A stretch of 62,296 nucleotides of DNA, from the UHGV virus genome UHGV-1379142; one strand, 5' to 3'. The translations under genes and the position numbers were made by a program. Below the pieces are notes generated by a model. The model saw only the letters and a list, made by a program, of their open reading frames with translations. It had not been told where the DNA came from and searched no databases. Source of the stretch: a virus. Positions 9,480-17,034 of this stretch are shown one piece after another (positions within the stretch are counted from its first letter, which is position 1; each line of letters begins with the position of its first letter).

Positions 9480-10600
9480 TAGCATACAGTACTCCCGTTC
9501 TTTATGCGCTTGCAGCTAATGGTAACATTATGATATGGCAAGCTCATGTATATGAGAACGCTGATAGTACAGCCAGTATTCTTTTTCAATCAGGTTACGA
9601 AGGAAAGACTATCAAAGAGTCTCATCGTTCCTATGACAAAGGAAAGAATGCTGGTAAGAAGAATGCTACGACTGCCTTGCAACAAGCTATTAGTGAAGCG
9701 AAGTCTCGCTTTAAAAAACAGCTTGACAAAGGATACCGGGAGAGTAAGTCTGAGTTGACTGCTCTCCCTATTCGTCCTATGCTAGCGCAGTCTTACATAG
9801 AACATCAGGATAAAGTTAAAGACGATACTATCTACATATGTCAACCTAAACTTAACGGTGTACGTTGTACTGTTCAGCGACATGGAAATAAGTTGACATT
9901 CCTGTCTCGTACTGGTAAAGTTTACGATGTGTTGTATCATCACAATGCTCTGTGCAAAGAGCTGTTTGATGTTATGCCAGAAAGCTGTGTATGGGATGGG
10001 GAGATATATTGTCACGGTATGCCGTTGCAAGACATTGTGTCTGCTGTTAAAGCATACAGTCCGGCAACAAAGAAGTTACAATACTGGGTATACGATACAA
10101 TAAGTGATGAACTTCAGTTTGAACGTATAGCTAGGTATCGTGCTTTGCTTGCTGATAAGAAGTACAAACAAGTTGTCGCTTGTCCTGTTGACTATGTTAA
10201 AGGAATAGAAAACATAAAGAAGAAACAAGAAGACTATCTTGCTCAAGGCTTTGAAGGATTGATGCTTAGGAAGTACAGCTCTAAGTATCGTCAAGGTTAT
10301 AGATCTTATGATCTTCTAAAGTACAAACAGTACAAAGATTTTAATGCTAAGATAGTTGGCTTTACTTCCGATGTGAATGGAGCTATCATCTTTATGTTCA
10401 GACTACACGGCGAACCCTTTAATGCTGTACCTGCGTTCTCTTTGAAGGAACGACAGGATATGTATAAAGAGGGAAGTAACAAACCTTTTACTTTTATAGG
10501 CAAGACTGCAAACATTCGTTGCGTAGAATTTTCTAAGAAGGGTCTTCCTATAGGTAACCCTGTTGTTACTCAAATCAGACTGGAGGAGGACGTTGAGTAA
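9458..10600 (+). CDS. ATP-dependent DNA ligase
   Basis: Motif I KLNGVR (KxDG-type), motif IV EGLMLRK, motif V LLKYK. Confidence 0.7.
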   Translation: MQEESSVIAYSTPVLYALAANGNIMIWQAHVYENADSTASILFQSGYEGKTIKESHRSYDKGKNAGKKNATTALQQAISEAKSRFKKQLDKGYRESKSELTALPIRPMLAQSYIEHQDKVKDDTIYICQPKLNGVRCTVQRHGNKLTFLSRTGKVYDVLYHHNALCKELFDVMPESCVWDGEIYCHGMPLQDIVSAVKAYSPATKKLQYWVYDTISDELQFERIARYRALLADKKYKQVVACPVDYVKGIENIKKKQEDYLAQGFEGLMLRKYSSKYRQGYRSYDLLKYKQYKDFNAKIVGFTSDVNGAIIFMFRLHGEPFNAVPAFSLKERQDMYKEGSNKPFTFIGKTANIRCVEFSKKGLPIGNPVVTQIRLEEDVE

Positions 10601-11159
10601 ACGTACATGGATAACTCCAGAAGATCTATTAGCAATTAGGTATGATTTATATGACACATCTCTGACCACATATGATATAGCATACAAGCACAACTGTTCA
10701 CAAAGAACAGTAGTAAAGGTTCTCTTTCATAAGGATTTACAAGAGCTGAGAGAACTACGCAAACAAGTAGCTAATACAAACAGAGCTTTGTATAATGCAA
10801 ACAGGTGGAGGCATGGATGCAAGGTATCTGTTGGTGCTGATGGTTATCTTTATAGAAGAGTACCAGACTGGTATGATATATCTTCCTTGGCAAAGCGGCC
10901 TAGAAACATTAAACCTAGACAGGCAGTACACGTACTGATTGTCTGCAAGTATCTAGGATTAGCTTCGTTGCCAAAAGGTTATGTAGTTCATCACAAGAAT
11001 CTGAAACGTAACGACAATCGTATATCGAACCTTTTGCTTATGTCTATAAGCGATCACAGATATTACCATACTACTGGGATTTACAGAAAGACAGGAACCT
11101 ATCCTGCATGTAAACGAACTGCGTTTGGTATACTTCCAGATTCTTACCAAGTAGAGTAA
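10593..11159 (+). CDS. HNH homing endonuclease (free-standing, TTG start with strong SD)
   Basis: GYVVHHKNLKRNDNRISNLLLMSISDHRYYH HNH motif. tGGAGGAGGacg-TTG start overlaps ligase stop by 8 nt; the ORF-track start at 10563 is also TTG. Confidence 0.55.
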   Translation: MSKRTWITPEDLLAIRYDLYDTSLTTYDIAYKHNCSQRTVVKVLFHKDLQELRELRKQVANTNRALYNANRWRHGCKVSVGADGYLYRRVPDWYDISSLAKRPRNIKPRQAVHVLIVCKYLGLASLPKGYVVHHKNLKRNDNRISNLLLMSISDHRYYHTTGIYRKTGTYPACKRTAFGILPDSYQVE

Positions 11160-11163
11160 TATT

Positions 11164-11436
11164 GTGAGTTTCTTCGATATGATTACACAAGCACAGAAAC
11201 AACTAGGCAATCCACAAATACCTACACGGCGCAAAGATGAACCCTACTGGGGTACTTTGCCACGGATGTGCAGACTGTGCTCAAATAGAGAGGAAGCAAC
11301 TCCTCCAGCGTCTTTAAAAAAGAACGGTGTTAAGCCGTGTCAATTTTGTAAAGCGTTTGAGAAAGCTTGTTACATAGCTACTGCTTTGTGCAGAGAAGTT
11401 GCTGAACCTCTAAACTTTAAGGTTAGAAAGAAATGA
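11164..11436 (+). CDS. hypothetical Cys-rich protein
   Basis: CRLCSN ... CQFCKAFEKAC. Confidence 0.4.
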   Translation: MSFFDMITQAQKQLGNPQIPTRRKDEPYWGTLPRMCRLCSNREEATPPASLKKNGVKPCQFCKAFEKACYIATALCREVAEPLNFKVRKK

Positions 11437-11792
11437 AAGACACAAAGTATTTCAAGGCAAAAGAATTTCAGTGCAAGTGTGGTTGTAATACAAACGGAAT
11501 TGAGCAGTCCTTTGTAGACAAGCTTACACAGGCACGTGAAATCGCTGGTATTCCTTTCGTGATTACTTCTGGTTATCGTTGTGCAGAACATAACAAAGCT
11601 GTAGGTGGTGTTGCTGGATCTGCACATACGACAGGCTGGGCTGTTGACATCTCAGCTGGTACAGGTGAACAGAAGTTCAAAATTGTCAAAGCTCTTATTG
11701 ACGCTGGCTTTACTCGTATTGGTGTAGCCAAGACATTCATTCATGTAGATATGGACTCGACAAAACCTAGTCCTACTATCTGGTTGTATTAG
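11433..11792 (+). CDS. Peptidase M15 family protein (putative endolysin, L-alanyl-D-glutamate / DD-peptidase-like)
   Basis: SGYRCAEHNKAVGGVAGSAHTTGWAVDI matches the Zn-binding H...D...H arrangement of M15 peptidases. Confidence 0.6.
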   Translation: MKDTKYFKAKEFQCKCGCNTNGIEQSFVDKLTQAREIAGIPFVITSGYRCAEHNKAVGGVAGSAHTTGWAVDISAGTGEQKFKIVKALIDAGFTRIGVAKTFIHVDMDSTKPSPTIWLY

Positions 11793-11800
11793 GAGCTCTT

Positions 11801-12037
11801 ATGAAGTTCCGTGCTCGTTACCGTGGTAAAGGAGCCAACGGAAAATATGTTACAACTCAAATGTTTATCAACGCAGCTAACGAGCTTGAAGCTAAAGAGG
11901 AAGCAAACAAGCGTATCTCTGAAGTGACAAAACGTTTGGTAGAACGTGAAGGACAAGAAGTTGGACATGTTGTCTGTTGGAAGATTGAACCTCATGAACA
12001 AAAGAAACGAAAGGAAAAAGAATATGTCGGTGAATAA
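11801..12037 (+). CDS. hypothetical protein
   Basis: ORF track; GGAG RBS. Confidence 0.4.
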   Translation: MKFRARYRGKGANGKYVTTQMFINAANELEAKEEANKRISEVTKRLVEREGQEVGHVVCWKIEPHEQKKRKEKEYVGE

Positions 12038-12473
12038 AGAAGCTGTTCTGGATGAAGTGCGTAATCAGTTGTCTGTTGAAGATTGGGTGAAGACGATGGC
12101 AAAGGAGCATGAAGAACTTGATGAGGTTAAGGATTACGAACCTCGTTCTAATCGTCTCCTTCTTTGGGATTGTTTCTCTGACGAAGTAGGCAGACATATT
12201 GAAGAGTACACTGTTCCTCAGTACGGTGACTTCCCTGGAGACAATGTGGCGAGCTGGTCTGAAGAAGACTGCATTAAGCAGATGCAGAAGTATATGAATC
12301 GTATTGATTCTAATGCTCGTGGTGATGTTGAACGCACGCGAGATCTTCTGAAGATTGCGCACTATGCTTCTCTGGTGTGGTGTAAACGTCTTGGCTTTGA
12401 AGAAGCCTTGGTTGAAGTGCGTGCTGAAAGGAATGAATCTACTGCAGAAAAGGAAGAGGTGCAGAATGCCTAA
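12024..12473 (+). CDS. hypothetical protein (possible nucleotide pyrophosphohydrolase)
   Basis: AAAGGAAAAAG RBS before ATG 12024. Confidence 0.35.
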   Translation: MSVNKEAVLDEVRNQLSVEDWVKTMAKEHEELDEVKDYEPRSNRLLLWDCFSDEVGRHIEEYTVPQYGDFPGDNVASWSEEDCIKQMQKYMNRIDSNARGDVERTRDLLKIAHYASLVWCKRLGFEEALVEVRAERNESTAEKEEVQNA

Positions 12474-12816
12474 GTGTTACTTTGTTTTCACCGACAGTTC
12501 TATGGAAGGTTTGTTGCAGCATAAGGCAGCTACTGGTGAGTTCGGTATACTGGACACCGCATTCCTTTGTGTTAAGGATATTCCAGACTTTGAGGAGAAA
12601 GCCAAAGTTATTACTGCTGATGACTCAGTAGTTTACATTGGGTTTGAACCTGATTGTCCTCGTGGCAAACATATCAAGCATGAACTCAACTGTAAAGTTC
12701 TTTGGTGTGACAAGGTTGCTGACTTGAAGTACTTTGATTTCTCTCGCATCTTTGTGAAGAGTCCTCAGGTCGATGAAGAGATTCCTGAACCTACATTTGT
12801 CGGTGGAGAAGTTTAA
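12469..12816 (+). CDS. hypothetical protein
   Basis: GAGGTG RBS before ATG 12469. Confidence 0.35.
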   Translation, partial: PKCYFVFTDSSMEGLLQHKAATGEFGILDTAFLCVKDIPDFEEKAKVITADDSVVYIGFEPDCPRGKHIKHELNCKVLWCDKVADLKYFDFSRIFVKSPQVDEEIPEPTFVGGEV

Positions 12817-13781
12817 TGGACAAGACATACGTATTCTATCATGACGATGCTGATGGCCACTGTGCTGGTGCTATCTACAAGTTTCACCATGAACAAACGC
12901 CAGAAGCAGAAAGAACGACAGAACTCATTATGTCTACCATTCAGTATGGCTACGATTCTGCTAAGACATTCCCTGTAGAAGAACAGTCTGTTCACTATGT
13001 CTTTCTTGATTTCTGTCCCAAACGTGAAGATGTCCAGATGCTTCACGATCGTGGACACACTATTGTAATTATAGATCATCACAAATCTTCTGAGTGGGTT
13101 AAGGAACTTGACACCACTGGTAAGAAAGATCCAGTTTACATTCGTGTGTACCACACTCTGTTCCAGTCTGGATGTGAACTCACGTGGGATACACTCATGG
13201 ATGGCAAGAAGCTGCCACCTGCTGTCTGGATGACTGGACGGTGGGACATGTGGGATCACAAAGCTGACGAACGTATTGTTCCGTTTGTCACCGGTATGAG
13301 GCTTATCCTTACTGACCCTGCTACGGAAGATGGTTACGAGTTCTGGAAAGCTTGTTTTGACACGCTTGACTGCCTGCCTGCTGATGCTCCAGAAGAAGAG
13401 AAAGCTAAACGTATGCATTGGGATGTAGTAATGCAACTGATTAACATGGGTCAAGTTGCACAGATGTATCGTTCTGCTATTGCAGAAGATAGGATCGACA
13501 ACTTGCACGACATGGTTATCGGAGGCAAGAAGTTCCTGATGCTTAATGCTGACCTTAAGGATTCTTATGATTTTCCTGTGTACAAAGTAACTGATGATTA
13601 CTTCGGTTATGGTTGGTACAAATGGTCTGGTAATCTCTGGAAGTTCTCTCTGAGATCTACTGGAGAGAATGACCTCACGTCTATTGAAGGCGTAGGTGGT
13701 CATAAGAATGCTGCAGGTTTTGCTATGTTTGGTTTCCAAGACCCTAGCATCTATATAAAGGCAGCTAATGAAAGTAATTGA
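12816..13781 (+). CDS. DHH-family phosphoesterase (RecJ/NrnA-like) with DHHA1 domain
   Basis: Motif I YHDDADGH, motif III IIDHHK, DHHA1 GGHKNAAGF. Confidence 0.65.
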   Translation: MDKTYVFYHDDADGHCAGAIYKFHHEQTPEAERTTELIMSTIQYGYDSAKTFPVEEQSVHYVFLDFCPKREDVQMLHDRGHTIVIIDHHKSSEWVKELDTTGKKDPVYIRVYHTLFQSGCELTWDTLMDGKKLPPAVWMTGRWDMWDHKADERIVPFVTGMRLILTDPATEDGYEFWKACFDTLDCLPADAPEEEKAKRMHWDVVMQLINMGQVAQMYRSAIAEDRIDNLHDMVIGGKKFLMLNADLKDSYDFPVYKVTDDYFGYGWYKWSGNLWKFSLRSTGENDLTSIEGVGGHKNAAGFAMFGFQDPSIYIKAANESN

Positions 13782-14457
13782 TCCTACTGTAGTAGTATCT
13801 CTTCAGTCTGAACCACAGTTCATCATGCAGACGATTGAAGAAGCTGGTCGTACATGCTATAAAAGCGAGGACAGAATAAATGAAAATTCCTACGTGGCTT
13901 TCATCGAACGACTTGTACGTCGAGGGCACGAGGCTATGCTCGAACACGGGTACGCTACTGCACACTTTCGGATTGACCGTGGTGTCTCTCATGAACTGGT
14001 GCGTCACCGCCTTGCTAGCTATGCTCAGGAAAGTACTCGCTACTGCAACTACAAGGATAAAGACATTGAGTTCGTAAGACCAAGCTACTTGAATGAATCT
14101 TCCTACGAGTTGTGGACTAATGCTATGCTGACTGCTGAAGAAGCGTATAACCAGATGATTAAGAATGGTTGTACACCTCAGCAAGCACGAGCTGTGTTGC
14201 CTAACTCCTTGGCTACAACTATTGTAGTTACAGCTAATCTCCGTGAATGGAGAACTATCTTTAAACTTAGGTGTGCAAAAGATGCACATCCAGACATGCG
14301 ATATATTATGCTTCGCTTGTTGTCTGATATGTACAAACTCTTTCCTCCTGTGTTTGAAGATATTTATCAACTGTATAAGGAAGAAGTAGATGAGTTGGAT
14401 AGAGAACTTGTGTTCGTTCTTCCGTCTACGCAAGAAGAGAATCAACAAGACTCCTGA
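13768..14457 (+). CDS. thyX: Flavin-dependent thymidylate synthase ThyX
   Basis: ThyX signature RHRLASYAQESTRY (RHRx7-8S) and overall ~230-aa size. Confidence 0.8.
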   Translation: MKVIDPTVVVSLQSEPQFIMQTIEEAGRTCYKSEDRINENSYVAFIERLVRRGHEAMLEHGYATAHFRIDRGVSHELVRHRLASYAQESTRYCNYKDKDIEFVRPSYLNESSYELWTNAMLTAEEAYNQMIKNGCTPQQARAVLPNSLATTIVVTANLREWRTIFKLRCAKDAHPDMRYIMLRLLSDMYKLFPPVFEDIYQLYKEEVDELDRELVFVLPSTQEENQQDS

Positions 14458-14578
14458 GACATGTCACTGGTATAAAGATCAAACATACTGGGATGCTTGT
14501 CACGACTGGCGAGACGGCTTTGGTAGTTGTGCAGACTGCAAACAGTGGAAACCTTCTAACGATTATAAGGAATAGACA

Positions 14579-14719
14579 ATGACTAAGTTTGAAATTACTG
14601 CTAACTGTAATGGCAAGGACTACAAGATCAACTTCGATGTGCCGAAGGATATTACTGAGCACGATTGGGATCAGTTCTCCAAGCTCATTAAGATGGCCTG
14701 CCAGCAGATGGGTAAGTAA
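14579..14719 (+). CDS. hypothetical small protein, 46 aa
   Basis: AAGGAA RBS then ATG; below ORF-track cutoff. Confidence 0.3.
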   Translation: MTKFEITANCNGKDYKINFDVPKDITEHDWDQFSKLIKMACQQMGK

Positions 14720-14727
14720 ACTTCCTC

Positions 14728-14755
14728 TTGACAAATTCCTAATGAGTCTTATACT
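14728..14755 (+). promoter_or_regulatory. Sigma70-like promoter P3 (TTGACA-16-TATACT)
   Basis: cctcTTGACAaattcc ... TATACT; upstream context GGTAAGTAA shared with P4. Confidence 0.55.
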
Positions 14756-14771
14756 AATATAAGACACGTCA

Positions 14772-14840
14772 TGTTACCTTAAACGTAGTTGTTAGCTACG
14801 TCAGGAATAGGTAGACGAATTAGTACCTCCCTACCTATTC
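14772..14840 (+). promoter_or_regulatory. 5'-leader hairpins (6-bp ACGTAG/CTACGT and 12-bp AGGAATAGGTAG/CTACCTATTCCT) between P3 and the 14875 gene
   Basis: Perfect inverted repeats read directly; no T-tract after the second stem. Confidence 0.4.
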
Positions 14841-14874
14841 CTGTTACAACGCTTAACTAACTAGAAGGTTGAAC

Positions 14875-15615
14875 ATGATGGAACAAGGCTCTCTTGCGGA
14901 TCTCCTTACTCTCGCTAAGTCTGGTGACGACAACAAGCTTGGCGAAATGATAGCTATGATGAACAGTGGTATGGGTGGTCAGCAGTGGATGTGGTGGATC
15001 CTCATCATTCTGTTCGCTTTCGGAGGACTGGGTAACGGTATGTTTGGACGTAACATGGCTCCCAATGGTCTGGACAATGCTAACCAGCTTATCCTCGAAA
15101 AGCTTAATGGTATGAGTGTCGAACAGTGTGGTCAGTTCGCTCGTGTAGGCAACGGTATTTGTGACAGCACATTTGCTATTACCAATGCAGTGCGTGATGC
15201 GCGGGATGCCGCTTCCGCCTGTTGCTGCGAAACGAACTTGAACCTCGAACGCATGAAGAATCAGGTTGAACGTGGGCAGGATATGCTGTCTCACCAGCTC
15301 TCTGATTGCTGCTGCCAGACCCAACTCCGTATGCAAGATCTTGCTACCGGTATTCGTGAACAGGCTACGGCCAATCAGTTTGCGAACCAGCAGGAATTTT
15401 GTGACATCAAGACCCGCATGGCCGCTAACCATTGCGAGACGCTTGCTGCCATCCAGGCTAATCAGGCGGCTATCCTTGGTTACATGACTCAGGAAAAGAT
15501 CAGCAATCTTGAACGTGAGAATGCTGCTCTTACCATGCAGTTGTCGCAGAATGCTCAGACGAGAGCTATTATTGAAGCTCTGTCTACCAAGAGCACTACG
15601 ACTCCTGCCGCCTAG
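14875..15615 (+). CDS. membrane protein with one TM helix and two CCC-containing motifs (ASACCCETNL / LSDCCCQTQL)
   Basis: GAAGG RBS; hydrophobic WMWWILIILFAFGGLG; Q/A-rich C-terminal region. Confidence 0.5.
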   Translation: MMEQGSLADLLTLAKSGDDNKLGEMIAMMNSGMGGQQWMWWILIILFAFGGLGNGMFGRNMAPNGLDNANQLILEKLNGMSVEQCGQFARVGNGICDSTFAITNAVRDARDAASACCCETNLNLERMKNQVERGQDMLSHQLSDCCCQTQLRMQDLATGIREQATANQFANQQEFCDIKTRMAANHCETLAAIQANQAAILGYMTQEKISNLERENAALTMQLSQNAQTRAIIEALSTKSTTTPAA

Positions 15616-15640
15616 TAGTTAATGCTTAGCTGAAATATTG

Positions 15641-15664
15641 GGGAGCTTAGGCTCCCCTTTATAG
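15641..15664 (+). terminator. Rho-independent terminator
   Basis: GGGGAGC-ttag-GCTCCCC followed by TTTAT. Confidence 0.6.
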
Positions 15665-15677
15665 TAAAGGACTAAAC

Positions 15678-15929
15678 ATGTTTGGTGTTCCTTCTATTGA
15701 AGAACGTATTCAGGCTGCAAAGAATGAGATCGCTAATCTGGACAAGGTTAGAGAACAGAACCTCAAGGAGTTCGATCGCATTCAGGAACGTCTTGAAGCT
15801 TTGCAGGCAATGCGTAATAAAGAAGTGTCGCGAGTAGGGGAGCTCACCCTGCTGAAAGACGTACGGGATGGTAAGCTCCTCGTACTCGATGTGAATACTA
15901 TGGAACCTGCCCGTATTAAATTCCTCTAA
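15678..15929 (+). CDS. hypothetical coiled-coil protein
   Basis: AAAGGA RBS; ORF track. Confidence 0.45.
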   Translation: MFGVPSIEERIQAAKNEIANLDKVREQNLKEFDRIQERLEALQAMRNKEVSRVGELTLLKDVRDGKLLVLDVNTMEPARIKFL

Positions 15930-15970
15930 GGAGGTGCCTTATGGCTTGTGGCGGCAAGAAGAAAAAGAAA

Positions 15971-15998
15971 GGTAAGTAACTTGACAAATTGAAAAGAG
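15971..15998 (+). promoter_or_regulatory. Sigma70-like promoter P4 (TTGACA-16-TATCTT)
   Basis: GGTAAGTAAC-TTGACAaattg ... TATCTT. Confidence 0.55.
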
Positions 15999-16005
15999 TG
16001 ATTAT

Positions 16006-16190
16006 CTTATAATCAAGAGCGACAGTTGTGCATCTGGCTGTACTCTGAGGTGTCTTGTTATTGAAACTAGGTTCTAGCATAGCCGCTAAACCAGCTATCA
16101 AAACTTGTCCCTTCTTGGTTGCTTCTTCTGCGTTACATGCACATGTCTAAGGCTGGGCCCCCTATGCGAAAGTGTAGGGGGTTTTTATTT
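16006..16190 (+). ncRNA. Candidate small non-coding RNA (~170-180 nt) running from P4 to an intrinsic terminator
   Basis: Promoter P4, then no ORF with RBS, then terminator CCCCCTA-tgcgaaagtg-TAGGGGG + TTTTTATTTT at 16153-16190. Confidence 0.4.
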
Positions 16191-16207
16191 TATACAGAGG
16201 AAAGGTT

Positions 16208-16519
16208 ATGTCAAAGCTTACCACACTCGCTGAATACGTTCATACATGGGCACCGATAGCTACGCAACTTCTTACATCTGACAACCCTACTGTCAAGATG
16301 TACGGCGTAAAGATTCAGCAAGAAGTAGATTCAAAAAGAAAATTACTTGAGGCTGAACTTAAAGAAGCGAAAGCTTTCCTTGGTCTTGACTTAGCTACAC
16401 AGGAAGCTAAGCAGCCACCAATTAAACAAGAAGAACATCATAAAGATGTAGAGCATTCGACTCTTTGTGGATGTACTAAAACAACAAGTAAAACAGAATG
16501 CACAATTACAATCGAATAA
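16208..16519 (+). CDS. hypothetical protein
   Basis: GAGGAAAGG RBS; ORF track. Confidence 0.45.
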   Translation: MSKLTTLAEYVHTWAPIATQLLTSDNPTVKMYGVKIQQEVDSKRKLLEAELKEAKAFLGLDLATQEAKQPPIKQEEHHKDVEHSTLCGCTKTTSKTECTITIE

Positions 16520-16521
16520 AA

Positions 16522-16560
16522 CAAAGAACCCCCTAAGAACCACTTGGCTCCTAGGGGGTT
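16522..16560. terminator. Bidirectional intrinsic terminator separating the + block from the - late operon
   Basis: CCCCCTA ... TAGGGGG stem flanked by T-runs on both strands. Confidence 0.55.
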
Positions 16561-16566
16561 TTCTTT

Positions 16567-17031
16567 TTACTTACCTTCAGGCATGTCAGCAAGTAACTGT
16601 TTTATCTCATGAACACGCGACACGTTGACGCCATTCTTTAAAGACATGATCTCGGCAAACTTCTTAAAGCCAAAGGCAGAAGACACACAGATACCAAATG
16701 CTATCTGATACCAGTCAGGCATAGCAGCAAAGGTATTAAATCCTTCTGTAACCCACTCTGATGTCCAAGGACACCAAGCGAGGATAAGCGGCATAGAGAT
16801 CACGATTGTCCAGAACTCATCCTTCCAACCAGAATTGTCGAGGGAATCTTTTTCCCACGCAATATCTCCCACCACTCCAGACTTGTACAAGTCGATCTTA
16901 GCTGCGGCCTTAGCTTTAGCTACTTCGATCTTGCTTTCAAGTTCTACTTCTTTAAGCTTTTGCTTGCTCTCGAACCATCCCACAATACCTGAGACAATAG
17001 ACTCTATAGGTTTTGCTATTAGGTTCCACAT
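16567..17031 (-). CDS. membrane protein with two TM segments (holin-like candidate), last gene of late operon
   Basis: Hydrophobic FWTIVISMPLILAWCPW and YQIAFGICVSSAFGF; position at operon end. Confidence 0.35.
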   Translation of the reverse strand: MWNLIAKPIESIVSGIVGWFESKQKLKEVELESKIEVAKAKAAAKIDLYKSGVVGDIAWEKDSLDNSGWKDEFWTIVISMPLILAWCPWTSEWVTEGFNTFAAMPDWYQIAFGICVSSAFGFKKFAEIMSLKNGVNVSRVHEIKQLLADMPEGK

Positions 17032-17034
17032 GAT

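Noticed and set aside
14390-14575. 61-aa ORF overlapping ThyX 3' end
   Set aside because: No in-frame ATG with RBS after the ThyX stop; likely spurious, or alternative-start only.
15941-15979. 12-codon ORF MACGGKKKKKGK behind a perfect AAGGAGGTG SD
   Set aside because: Too short and low complexity to call. The conserved GGTAAGTAA at its end belongs to the P4 promoter upstream element, as at P3. Kept only as a curiosity (possible leader peptide).
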